Shown one piece after another: positions 1 to 8,855 of a DNA stretch of 38,614 nt. The DNA is from Pseudomonadota bacterium (GTDB lineage: Bacteria > Bdellovibrionota > FAC87 > UBA2466): contig JAYUGC010000043.1 of the NCBI GenBank assembly GCA_043767805.1, positions 1 through 38,614 of the forward strand. The letters are read 5' to 3'. Within the stretch, counting starts at the first letter, position 1. Every line of letters starts with the position of its first letter. The notes beneath the pieces are model-generated. The model searched no databases and was not told where the DNA came from. It saw nothing but the letters and a program-made list of their open reading frames with translations. A program made the translations under genes and the position numbers.

Positions 1-66
1 CCAACGTTTTTACCTGATCCGAGATGGTAATCATCACGCAGTTATAAACGCCGTCCGCAATGCTGC

Positions 67-288
67 GTGAGCCATGATCGCCAGCTGGCGGCGCGGGCCG
101 AGAGAGAGCGGCAGCAGCTAGTATTACAGGCGCAAGCGCAACGGCCCCAGGCCAGCCAAACGTACCATCCTCCCGGCGTCTTTCAGCTCCCGGGTGGCGG
201 CACGGTTATGGATTTATCCACCCTGGCCTACAACTTGACTCACCTAATGCGAGATCTGTCCCTTAAGCCAACGGCGATAACGCAATGA
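67..288 (+). CDS. Hypothetical ORF, possibly the C-terminal remnant of a gene entering from the left edge
   Basis: 73-aa ORF with a Gln/Ala/Arg-rich helical stretch; no recognisable RBS or domain; convergent with the response regulator. Confidence 0.3.
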   Translation: MSHDRQLAARAERERQQLVLQAQAQRPQASQTYHPPGVFQLPGGGTVMDLSTLAYNLTHLMRDLSLKPTAITQ

Positions 289-350
289 GGTTAGCCAATG
301 AACAGGAAAGGTTCCCCTCCGTACAACGTCTCTGCTAAACACGACAGGAT

Positions 351-1259
351 TTAGCTAGTAAAGACGGGACTGTTTTCCAGTTCCAAGCCGATGTTGACCA
401 AGCGAGTGACGCGAGACTCGAGGGCCTTTTCGATCTCTTTGGACTCGGTGATGTCTTGGAGAAGAATCACCGCTCCGACGATATGGCCGTCCAGCGCGCG
501 CAAGGGAGAGGCAGAGCTAAGAATCGATTTCTCGGTGCCGTCGAAACACTGAATATCGACGACCTCGCTGTGCGTGGACTCGCCATCCTTTAGCGCGCGG
601 GCCAAGGCGCCTCCTTTAGCGGGAAGCAGTGAGCCGCCCGCGTCCCACCAGCCTAAAATCTCGCCGTAGCGATCGTGAGCGATGGGCTCTTCCGTTTTCC
701 AGAGACGCGAGACTTCCTCGTTTGTCTGGCAAATTCGTCCCGTGATGTCTGCGATGAGCACGCCCACGGGAAGTTTTTCAAGTAGGGAAGAAAGTTTTCT
801 GCCGACCTTCAGAAGCTCCTCGGACTCCCTGACCTGCCGCTCGCGTTCCTGGAGGACCACGGCCTTTTGGCGAAATGAGGCGTAAATGCCGACCTTGCGC
901 CGGAGGATTTCCGGATCGAAGGGTTTGGAAAAATAATCGACGGCGCCCACGGAATATCCTTTGAGGACGAAGGGGTCTTCCCGGTACACCGCCGTGATGA
1001 AGATGACGGGGATGTCTTTGCAATGCGGGATGGCCTTGATCCGCTCGGTCGTTTGAAAGCCGTCCATGTCGGGCATCTGCAGATCCATCAAGATGACGGC
1101 GATGTCCGCGCGGCTCTGCAAAAGGGAAAGCGCCTCGGCCCCCGAGTGCGCGACGAGCAGATGGTACTCGGCACCCAGCACCGCCTCCAAAGCCACGAGA
1201 TTCGCAGGCGTGTCGTCCACCGCCAGGATCGTCGAGCTCTTCTGTTCTGAAAGGGGCAT
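351..1259 (-). CDS. Response regulator: receiver domain + coiled coil + PAS domain
   Basis: REC motifs LAVDD, ILMDLQMPDMDG (phospho-Asp), FITA, FSKP; PAS/PAC features LPVGVLIAD..G.I...N and SASPLRALDGHIVGAVILLQDITE. Confidence 0.92.
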   Translation of the reverse strand: MPLSEQKSSTILAVDDTPANLVALEAVLGAEYHLLVAHSGAEALSLLQSRADIAVILMDLQMPDMDGFQTTERIKAIPHCKDIPVIFITAVYREDPFVLKGYSVGAVDYFSKPFDPEILRRKVGIYASFRQKAVVLQERERQVRESEELLKVGRKLSSLLEKLPVGVLIADITGRICQTNEEVSRLWKTEEPIAHDRYGEILGWWDAGGSLLPAKGGALARALKDGESTHSEVVDIQCFDGTEKSILSSASPLRALDGHIVGAVILLQDITESKEIEKALESRVTRLVNIGLELENSPVFTS

Positions 1260-1684
1260 CTTTTAGTTGTAACGCCAGTTCGCCGCGCAAGCAAACTTGT
1301 CGTCGATAAGGCTGAGCTCGACTGAGTCTCCTTCGAGGGAGGTTACTTGGGAAGAATAGAGGCTTCGCCTTTTACGTCGTAGGACTCGCGCAAGGTAACC
1401 TCGCAATCCGCGAGCTCGAGATCTTGAACGAACGAGGTGACGAAAGGGCGAGCTATAATTTCTCCAGTTTAGTTTTCTTTAACGAGAGGCATACTTCGTG
1501 AAAATCTCTCGTCGGTCCGAGTTTCAGCCCGCATTCGGAACTGGGCGCTTTCGAGGAGGCGATGGAACAGAAATTCGTTCCGCGCTGACGAATCGGGGCC
1601 TGCGCGGAAAAGAGCTTCATCTGGCCTCCGAGTTACGAGTAGAGGCTCAGTTAATAAATCGAATCATCAGGGTCAACCCGGGAC

Positions 1685-2173
1685 TCAAGGGACGGACGGA
1701 AATCTGATAACTCCGCCCGGAGTTTCGATGAAGCCGACGGCGACGTTGATGCGTGCGTTCACGCCTTCGGCTCCCGTGTACTTATTCTGCAAGAACTGCG
1801 TGGTAATCGCCGGGTCGACACCAAGAGAATGGTACATCGCAAAGCACATGAGGAGCTTGTCGTTGCCGTCGTTGCCGTCGATGCAGGCGGCGTTCGCGAT
1901 TTTACCTTCGAAGAGGGCGAGGCCTTTGTCCGAGCCCGTCTCGCGCAAAAGAATTTCGACGGGTTTACCTCCCACCAGATCTTCCGGGAGGTTGTAGCTG
2001 AAAACCCGGGCGGTCGGCCGGGAATTGACCATCTTTCCCACGACATCGAAGGTCGCGTAAGGCGCGAGATCGGGGGCGACGGGCACCGAATAACTTCCTC
2101 TTAGAGGTGCGGCGCTCGAGGCGGCCGCCCATCCGAAGAGAGCGAGGGCGAAAAATTGAGTGGGTTGGCGCAT
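1685..2173 (-). CDS. Secreted hypothetical protein
   Basis: Sec-type signal peptide (MRQPTQFFALALFGWAAASSA), AGGAG RBS upstream, two Cys; 15 bp downstream of the regulator gene. Confidence 0.8.
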   Translation of the reverse strand: MRQPTQFFALALFGWAAASSAAPLRGSYSVPVAPDLAPYATFDVVGKMVNSRPTARVFSYNLPEDLVGGKPVEILLRETGSDKGLALFEGKIANAACIDGNDGNDKLLMCFAMYHSLGVDPAITTQFLQNKYTGAEGVNARINVAVGFIETPGGVIRFPSVP

Positions 2174-2188
2174 GGGGGTTCTCCTAAA

Positions 2189-3982
2189 TTAGTGGATAGG
2201 GCTCGGGCGGCTATAGCGGACCGCCCGGCCTTTTCCGACTCGTTTCAATAATGCCAGTTTACAGAGGTCACTTAAATCTCTTGTCGCCGTTATGCGAGAA
2301 ATCTCAAACTGCTTCGTATAGGTTTTCACGTCAATGAATTCGGAGCTATCGAGCTGGCGGAGCAAGGTAATTTGCCGGTAATTCAGCGCGGCCTCGGTGC
2401 CGGAGTCGTCCTTCTCTTCCACTGGGGTGGGGACTGCAAAGGTTTCCCCCAGGAAAAACACGGCAATGTCGGGACTCAAGCGATATCCCTTTTCGGTCGC
2501 CTCGATCGCCTTGCCCTGATCGCCCAAAAGGTGTCTCAAGCGTGAGATGGCAGGATAAATGAGCGGATCGTGTCTCAAAGGATCGTAACGGTATCCCCAA
2601 ACTTTTTCGATGAGCTGTTCTTTGGTGGCCTCCCCCTGGCGGAGACATTTGAGTAACTGCCGCATGAGAGTCGAAGTGCCTTGCGGGGCGAGCTCGACGT
2701 TACCTTTGGCCACCGTTAGAAGCGCGCCCGGAACGACATCGACGTATACGGCGTGAGCAGCCGCTTTGCCGGCGGCGAGCTGAAGTAAATCGGGAAGCAG
2801 GGAAAGGTACCCCGATTTCAAAATCTCGCTGATGGCGCTCGCGTCTTTCGCCTGCGCTTTGTCGACGAGGTTGCCGAGAGGATCCTCTCCGGGAGAGACG
2901 AGATAAGTCGCCGCCGTGGCAGCGATTCGCGCCGAGACTCGGGCCGCGACCGCGCGGCCAGTGACTTTACTCAAACGGCGGATGCGGTTCTCCAGCTCTT
3001 GCGGCAACTGCGGGAGGCCCATGGCTTTCAGCACTTTCCGCTCGAAGCCCGCCACTTGAAGGTCGAGCACTTTATCGACCTGGCGATCAAGCGCGGAGTA
3101 GGTGCTTCTCAATAGATTGAGCGCCTGAGGGAACTCTCCCTCCAAGTAATAATTCTGGGCGTACCGCAAGTTCAGCGTCGCGCCCTGGCGCCGGTGACCC
3201 GAAGAATAAATTAACCTACACGCTTCATCGAGACGGCGCTTCGATTGGACGAGCTTTCCTCTCAGAGTGAGCTGACGGCCGAGCTCGAGGAGTAAATCAG
3301 AACGGGAAAAGCTATTTTCCGGAGAGAGCCGCTCGTAAAGATCTTCTAAAGACTTGATGTCTTCTTGCGGAGATAAGCCGTGCTGCGCGCTGTAGTAGGC
3401 AATCGACATTTGAAACGCATCGGAGAAGCCTCCTTTACCGAGAGTCGCCACCAACGCGCGGGCACGGTTTAGCTGCGCGAGCCCTTGAGAGATCTGGCCC
3501 AGGTGCACGAGGGCATGGCCTATGAGGTCAGTCGCGAGTGCCTTGGCGTGAGTGAGCTTACTCAAATTAGCGCTCTCAAACGCCCGGCTCGCGAGGAGAA
3601 GCGCGTTTCGGTAACGCCCGCAGTAGTAGCGGTAATAAGCGATTCCCTGGTACGCGAAGAAATGAACGGCTGGGCTCTTCGACTTGCGGGCGGCACGCAA
3701 GTTTTCGACGAGATGCCGACGGCAGGGCTCGTAACCGGATTGCCGGCAATGCCCGGTGCCCAGAAAGAAGCGGGAGGCCGCGAGCGCTTCCGCTTTCATG
3801 GTGGGGCCGTACTTGGTTAGGAGGCTCTCCGCCTCCTCCATGCGCCCCGCGAAGGTCAGGGCGCCGAGAACGAGGTCGCTTTCCGACTTTTTAAAGGCGC
3901 CCGACGGAGAATCGACGGTGCGCTTCAAAATTTTCGAAAAATTACCTTTGTGAAAATCGGCTCTTAGATCCGCGCCCGCCAT
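2189..3982 (-). CDS. TPR-like repeat protein with OmpR-type winged-helix domain and C-terminal DeoR-like HTH (transcriptional regulator)
   Basis: Helical TPR-like N-terminus; TKEQLIEKVWGY...ISRLRHLL...GYRL (Trans_reg_C); FEISRITATRDLSDL...RVGKGRAVRY (wHTH). Start set at the ATG at 3982 (AAGGGA RBS) rather than 4021. Confidence 0.85.
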   Translation of the reverse strand: MAGADLRADFHKGNFSKILKRTVDSPSGAFKKSESDLVLGALTFAGRMEEAESLLTKYGPTMKAEALAASRFFLGTGHCRQSGYEPCRRHLVENLRAARKSKSPAVHFFAYQGIAYYRYYCGRYRNALLLASRAFESANLSKLTHAKALATDLIGHALVHLGQISQGLAQLNRARALVATLGKGGFSDAFQMSIAYYSAQHGLSPQEDIKSLEDLYERLSPENSFSRSDLLLELGRQLTLRGKLVQSKRRLDEACRLIYSSGHRRQGATLNLRYAQNYYLEGEFPQALNLLRSTYSALDRQVDKVLDLQVAGFERKVLKAMGLPQLPQELENRIRRLSKVTGRAVAARVSARIAATAATYLVSPGEDPLGNLVDKAQAKDASAISEILKSGYLSLLPDLLQLAAGKAAAHAVYVDVVPGALLTVAKGNVELAPQGTSTLMRQLLKCLRQGEATKEQLIEKVWGYRYDPLRHDPLIYPAISRLRHLLGDQGKAIEATEKGYRLSPDIAVFFLGETFAVPTPVEEKDDSGTEAALNYRQITLLRQLDSSEFIDVKTYTKQFEISRITATRDLSDLCKLALLKRVGKGRAVRYSRPSPIH

Positions 3983-4000
3983 CGATTCCCTTATATAGAG

Positions 4001-4022
4001 AATTGAATCAAATCGCATCATT
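4001..4022. promoter_or_regulatory. Imperfect palindrome (TGA-N11-TCA) in divergent promoter region; candidate operator
   Basis: AATTGAATCAAATCGCATCATT lies between the divergent regulator and yceI. Confidence 0.3.
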
Positions 4023-4088
4023 CTTTTAAGCGGGCCTTCGTGGCTCCCTGAGGCCCATTGAGCGATCTTTGAAGCTTAGGAGAAAGTC

Positions 4089-4649
4089 ATGATCAAACAC
4101 TTAGTCTTTATGGGTTGGTTTCTTGGGACGCTGGCTCACGGCGCCACCACGGTGGATCTCGCTAAAAGCGCGGTGACGGTGGAATTTCTCGCGGTGGGGC
4201 AGCCGAGCGCGGTGAACATTCGCGGCAAGCTGAAGGACGGTGCTTCGATTTCGGGAGTCCTTCACGTGGCGGCCGATTCCGTCTCGGGGGAGGCGACGCT
4301 TCCTTTGGACGCTCTCGATACCGGCATGGAGCTTCGCAATAGGCACATGAAGGAGAAGTACCTAGAGACCCGAACGCATCCGACGGCGGTGCTGAAAGCG
4401 ATAAAGCTTTCTTTACCGGCGGGGGAAGGCCCCGTGCCTTTTACCGGCGAGCTTACGCTCCACGGAAAGACCAAGCCTATCTCGGGCACGGCCACGGTGA
4501 AACGTCCGCAGCTCGGGATGTCCTTTGATTTCAAAGTCTCGACCCGGGAGTTCGGCATCGATACGCCTCAGTTCATGGGCGTGACGGTGGCCGATGAAGT
4601 GCAAATTTCAGTGAAAGTGGAGCCCGGATCGGTCGGCGCTTCGAGTTAG
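4089..4649 (+). CDS. yceI: YceI family lipid/polyisoprenoid-binding protein, exported
   Basis: Signal peptide; LDTGMELRNRHM...YLET..HP.A, GELTLHGKTKPI, FGI...V.DEVQI; AGGAG RBS. Confidence 0.92.
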   Translation: MIKHLVFMGWFLGTLAHGATTVDLAKSAVTVEFLAVGQPSAVNIRGKLKDGASISGVLHVAADSVSGEATLPLDALDTGMELRNRHMKEKYLETRTHPTAVLKAIKLSLPAGEGPVPFTGELTLHGKTKPISGTATVKRPQLGMSFDFKVSTREFGIDTPQFMGVTVADEVQISVKVEPGSVGASS

Positions 4650-4674
4650 TGGTTTACCAAAAGGGGAATGCCAA

Positions 4675-5727
4675 ATGAAAAGTAAAATGTCCTGGGCTTG
4701 CGTAATCGCTCTAATGACGGGAGCCGTGGCCTTTGCTCAACCTGCGTCGCTCGAGTTCGTGCCGCCGGCGATGGGGACAATGACTTTCGGCGTAGATCGA
4801 ACCGCCTTCGAGGATAGCGAAGATATCGGCTACGCCTACCGTAAGGCCGCCCTGCATTTCTCGGATCCGGTCGGTGAGTTCACTGCCTATAAGCTACTGC
4901 CTGGCAGCAAGCTCAGATTGCGGGTGCTTTCCTATCAGATGTGGCTGCTCGAGCATCCCAAGGTACGAGCTCGTAAAGATATTCCGCAGGACACGAACCG
5001 ATCCGGGGCTCGCTTCACTCTGACTTTCCTCTCCGGCGTAAAAGTGCTCTCGCAGGCGATGGTCGATACGACTCGCGAGATCGACGACCGAGAGGAAGAA
5101 AAATGCGAGGTCTGTAACGGCTCGATTAATCCCGCTCACTTCGTGCTCGAAGCGCCGGTCGTGGATATTCCGAAGGAAGCGACCGCCGTGCTGATCCGCC
5201 TAAGCCATACCATCGATCGCTCGACGGGAGGGGTAACGAGCGTGCAAGGAACCAGCGTGGCTCAGTCGCTTTCCAACGTATTCAGTCTGCGCGGTAAGCA
5301 GACCGTGCGTCCGAGAGACGAGAGCACCCCCCAGTTTCAAATGGTCGCAGGCTCCGAGCCCAGAGTCGGCGCGGAATTCAAATTCGACGAGAAACGGCCG
5401 ATGGATGCGCGCTGGTACAGCCTTATCCATCACGACAAAGCGATTAGCGATACGTTTGAGGCCATTCTCGGCGAAAAATTCGAGCTCTCCCGCATCCGGA
5501 CGAAGCATATCGGATTGTGGGTGCGCAGTGGCCCGGCATTGCCATGGGATCGTCTCATGGCGGGTTCCTACGACATCCCCCCAGTGAACAGCACATATCT
5601 GGAGTTCATTTTCCTGTACTCGATGTCGGCCGTGAAAGCGAACGGCGACGAAGTCCAGCTAGGTACTTTTTATGATTCGCCGACGGGAGATATATCGCGC
5701 GGCTGGGTCATTAATCTCATCCCGTAA
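4675..5727 (+). CDS. Secreted hypothetical protein
   Basis: Signal peptide ending AFA; RBS AAGGGG; 350-aa ORF co-oriented with yceI; contains CEVC. Confidence 0.8.
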   Translation: MKSKMSWACVIALMTGAVAFAQPASLEFVPPAMGTMTFGVDRTAFEDSEDIGYAYRKAALHFSDPVGEFTAYKLLPGSKLRLRVLSYQMWLLEHPKVRARKDIPQDTNRSGARFTLTFLSGVKVLSQAMVDTTREIDDREEEKCEVCNGSINPAHFVLEAPVVDIPKEATAVLIRLSHTIDRSTGGVTSVQGTSVAQSLSNVFSLRGKQTVRPRDESTPQFQMVAGSEPRVGAEFKFDEKRPMDARWYSLIHHDKAISDTFEAILGEKFELSRIRTKHIGLWVRSGPALPWDRLMAGSYDIPPVNSTYLEFIFLYSMSAVKANGDEVQLGTFYDSPTGDISRGWVINLIP

Positions 5728-5750
5728 TCTACTTAATTCAGGAGAACATT

Positions 5751-6632
5751 ATGAACTACGTAAAACTATTGGCTCTGCTACCGGCTTTGATCATCGGAAC
5801 TAGCGCTCTCGCCGCGGACCCTTGTGACGGCGAGCCCGAGGTCCTATGTTCACGGGCGCTGAAGATTGGCGAGATGTTCGCGAAGCGCAACATCCGCAAC
5901 TTCGGGACGGGAGCCCGTCGCGTTTTCCGCGGAGAGATGAAATTTACCGACGTCAACGGCACCGAGCATAGCGGGCCAGTCATCGCGAAGACGATGTGGA
6001 CCAATTTCCCGGAGATCCGCATTCAAGGCGAGACGGATTCCGAGCTCTTCGCAAAAGCTTCAGTTTACGACCGAGAGGGCAAGATCCAGTTCTCGACGGT
6101 TGTCGGAAAATTCTTCGGATACGGCGATGCCCTGCTGGGCGATCCCAAGGTAAAGGCCACGATCGATCCTTTGGGCGGAGACCGGTTTTCCCAAACGACC
6201 TTCCTTAACGTCGAGGCGAGCGATATTCAGATCGCCCACCTTCCGGGAGTGGGGACGCAACAAGAGATGCGGCTAAACTACGTAAAACTGGATGCCGTCC
6301 CGAGCGCTTCGATAAAAGACCTCATCGAGGCGTCTATCGTGCCTTCGTACGCCATGCACCAGGGATCGAAGTTACTCGACTCTTGGGATCTCGATCTGAA
6401 AGAGGCCCAGCAGAACCACGCCTTGGTCATGGGATCGGTGGGCGCGGTTTTGGTCGCCAAGGGTAAGTTCTCGGCCAATCGGTTCGACACGCCGACGGGA
6501 GAGCTGCCCGCGCACTGTAAGCGTAAGGAATTCATTCAGGTGGGTTACGAAGCGCGGATTGATATCCCGTACTTCGATTTGAAGAATGCCGTCGTCGAGC
6601 ATGTGAAGACGGAAGTGTTGAGCTGCTCGTAA
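5751..6632 (+). CDS. Secreted hypothetical protein
   Basis: Signal peptide ending ALA; AGGAG RBS; four Cys as N- and C-terminal pairs. Confidence 0.82.
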   Translation: MNYVKLLALLPALIIGTSALAADPCDGEPEVLCSRALKIGEMFAKRNIRNFGTGARRVFRGEMKFTDVNGTEHSGPVIAKTMWTNFPEIRIQGETDSELFAKASVYDREGKIQFSTVVGKFFGYGDALLGDPKVKATIDPLGGDRFSQTTFLNVEASDIQIAHLPGVGTQQEMRLNYVKLDAVPSASIKDLIEASIVPSYAMHQGSKLLDSWDLDLKEAQQNHALVMGSVGAVLVAKGKFSANRFDTPTGELPAHCKRKEFIQVGYEARIDIPYFDLKNAVVEHVKTEVLSCS

Positions 6633-6719
6633 TTACGGAAGGGTGCCGGTCCCTGATGAAGGGTTGGATACGGGGGCCGAGATAAGGATAAGACAAATTA
6701 TCGCAAGATTGAGTTTCAT
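6633..6719 (-). CDS. Small ORF, 28 aa (MKLNLAIICLILISAPVSNPSSGTGTLP); small protein or truncated secreted-protein remnant
   Basis: Hand translation; strong RBS (AAAGGAG) upstream; signal-peptide-like N-terminus; not in the ORF track. Confidence 0.45.
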   Translation of the reverse strand: MKLNLAIICLILISAPVSNPSSGTGTLP

Positions 6720-6899
6720 AGGGGGGGTCTCCTTTCTCTTCATAATGAGGGGAGATCCATTCGAAACCCATGCAAGGAAAGCTTAATGGGAAGCGAGCCT
6801 GTCTACTTTTTGGTCAGGCCAGAGGCTAGCGGCAGCTCATGGTTTTCCCCGGATTTCGTGGGGAACCTTGCTCGAGTCTTACGGAGGTCGCGGAACGCC

Positions 6900-7877
6900 T
6901 CAGAGGCGAAAGCCCAAGAAGAGCTGCGCGGTATAGCCGACATGCACGATGAGGGTATTTCGGGTCGCTTCGGTGTAAGCGTCGACGTTTACGCTGAGCC
7001 CGGTGATGAGAGTTTTCCCATTGTGCCCCAAGGCGACTTTGAGACGCCCGTTGACGCCAATGAAGGTGTTGTCGAGCGGGCCGGAGGCGAGCGTGTAATC
7101 GATCCACTGGTGCCCCACCTCCGCGATGAGGGCCGTGGAAAAAAAGAGATCGTTTGCGACGAGGTGCAGGCCGTAGCCGATGCCGCCCGCGATCGATTTC
7201 ATGGCGGATCGGCTGAGGGTGGCATCCGCGCCGAAGTCGGCCTGATGGGAAGCCGGAATAATTTCGACCGGTGAGCGAAGGTCCTGGTAACGAAAACTAC
7301 CGACGATAAAAAAAGATCCCGCCGAGAGGAGCTGCCTTTGTCTTTGGTCGAAGGCCGCCCCCAGCGAGTAGCGGTCGGGAGACAGCGGGATGTAAAAGAC
7401 CACTCCGCCTCCGACGTTTTTAAGATTTGGCTCCAAGTAGTAGGTCTCTCCGCTCAGGCCGCGCACCCCGTCGATGAGATACCCCGTCCAATCGGAGTAG
7501 TTGAGCTCAAAGCCCCAAGTCTTTCCGTAATAGTTGATGCCGTAATCCTGATGAGTGCTCGTTCCTTCGGCCGCCTGGAAACCGAGAATGGGAAGCGAGA
7601 AAGTGAGGCCGCCGCCCAAGATTTTGTAGCGGGCGCTGATACCGTACAGCAGTTGGGTCGCGGGCCGGTAGCGCAGGCCCGACTCGACTCCGATTAACCC
7701 GCCCGAGGTTCGCGGAATGAGCGAAAAGCCCTGACCGGGAAGCTGGAGGCTACCGCCGATATAGAACGGCGTATCCACGTCGGCGTAATACCGGACGCCC
7801 GCAGGTTCCTTGTCTTCCGCCCAGGCAAAGGTAGAGAACGCCAGGGCCAGGGTCAGGGTCAGGAGGACGGCTTTCAT
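6900..7877 (-). CDS. Outer-membrane beta-barrel protein, DUF4421-like
   Basis: Signal peptide; YRP...GI...Y, RYSLGAAFDQRQRQLLSAGSF motif; C-terminal LFLGFRL beta-signal. Confidence 0.8.
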   Translation of the reverse strand: MKAVLLTLTLALAFSTFAWAEDKEPAGVRYYADVDTPFYIGGSLQLPGQGFSLIPRTSGGLIGVESGLRYRPATQLLYGISARYKILGGGLTFSLPILGFQAAEGTSTHQDYGINYYGKTWGFELNYSDWTGYLIDGVRGLSGETYYLEPNLKNVGGGVVFYIPLSPDRYSLGAAFDQRQRQLLSAGSFFIVGSFRYQDLRSPVEIIPASHQADFGADATLSRSAMKSIAGGIGYGLHLVANDLFFSTALIAEVGHQWIDYTLASGPLDNTFIGVNGRLKVALGHNGKTLITGLSVNVDAYTEATRNTLIVHVGYTAQLFLGFRL

Positions 7878-7901
7878 TGGGTCCTATTAAACAGGATTGG
7901 T

Positions 7902-7923
7902 GAGCCTTCCTCAAGGAAGGCTC
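7902..7923. promoter_or_regulatory. Perfect inverted repeat (9-bp stem, 4-nt loop)
   Basis: GAGCCTTCC-TCAA-GGAAGGCTC, 24 nt upstream of the DUF4421-like start; could be a terminator, leader hairpin or operator. Confidence 0.45.
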
Positions 7924-8051
7924 TTGTTGTGAGTTTCCAGAGGAAAAAGTAGGTTTACGCCTACCTCTTGGCAAACTGGTTTCACAATACCCCTACTGGA
8001 GCCAAAAGAATTGGCGATTATCTGTGTAGAAAGCTAGACGGCCTTTTTTAA

Positions 8052-8855
8052 CTACCGCACGGTCTTCTGAAAGTGTCCGAAGCTAAAATCGGGGTTCAAC
8101 GAATTGGCGAAACTGCGCAGGGCAAAAGCCCCCCGGGCCACCGGGTTAAACGACAGGTGCCTACCCCAAAAACGTCCATACTTCTTTCCCATTCCCCGCC
8201 GGTAGTCGCCAAGGGCGCGCTGCTTGTAATCAGGAAAGACCGAATCCGCCGTAGATCGGGCTAGATGATTGAGATAGCTTCGGTGCGAGACCGCGATTTT
8301 CCTTCCGGCGTTTCTTGCCCGAATGCAATAATCGACATCGACCCCCCAACCAAAGAATCCAAAAGAGGCTTCATCGAGCCTCCCCAAAATTTCCCAGGTC
8401 GCACGGGTTACCAAAATACAGGTACCATCCAAGTAGGGCACGTCGGTATCGAGATCCCTGCCGCAGAAGTCCGACGCCGCCACGGCGGGGATCCTTTGGT
8501 AGAGAGACCGGCAATCGTAGAGAGGGCCGACCAACCCCACTTCGGTTCGCTTGGCGCCCGCCCAAAGCCCCTCCAGGAATCCTTCGCTCAAAATAACGTC
8601 GTTATTGAGCAAAACAAATCCATCGTAGGGGATTGGGGCGCGGCTTGCCGCTTCCCACGCCCGGTTGGTTCCTTTGGCCCAGCCTAAATTAGTCGGCTGC
8701 GGCAAGACTTGGACGTTCGGCATCGAAACTCGGAGCGTGCCGAGATTGTCGCAAACGTAGATGTGAACCTGAGGACTCTGCGCCCGCAATTGATCTAGAA
8801 CGCGATGAGTAAGCTCGTCCTTCCCGTAAACCGCCATGCAGACTGCTAACTTCAT
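8052..8855 (-). CDS. Glycosyltransferase family 2 (WbbL/RfbF-like)
   Basis: VCDN, NLGWAKGTN, LLNND, LDE..F..GVDVDYC.R motifs; ATGA overlap with the radical SAM gene. Confidence 0.9.
   Translation of the reverse strand: MKLAVCMAVYGKDELTHRVLDQLRAQSPQVHIYVCDNLGTLRVSMPNVQVLPQPTNLGWAKGTNRAWEAASRAPIPYDGFVLLNNDVILSEGFLEGLWAGAKRTEVGLVGPLYDCRSLYQRIPAVAASDFCGRDLDTDVPYLDGTCILVTRATWEILGRLDEASFGFFGWGVDVDYCIRARNAGRKIAVSHRSYLNHLARSTADSVFPDYKQRALGDYRRGMGKKYGRFWGRHLSFNPVARGAFALRSFANSLNPDFSFGHFQKTVR

Noticed and set aside
1585..1610. CTGACGA...GAAA resembling a hammerhead ribozyme core
   Set aside because: No stem II closes between the two motifs, and stems I/III are not evident.
5104..5115. CEVC as a possible heme-binding site
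   Set aside because: Not followed by His (no CxxCH).
6653..6770. CTGATGA hammerhead-like motif
   Set aside because: No suitably placed GAAA with a paired stem II; it lies within the small antisense ORF.
7969..8010. GGCAAAC start resembling a c-di-GMP-I riboswitch
   Set aside because: Lacks the GNRA-capped stem and the downstream GCAAAG element.
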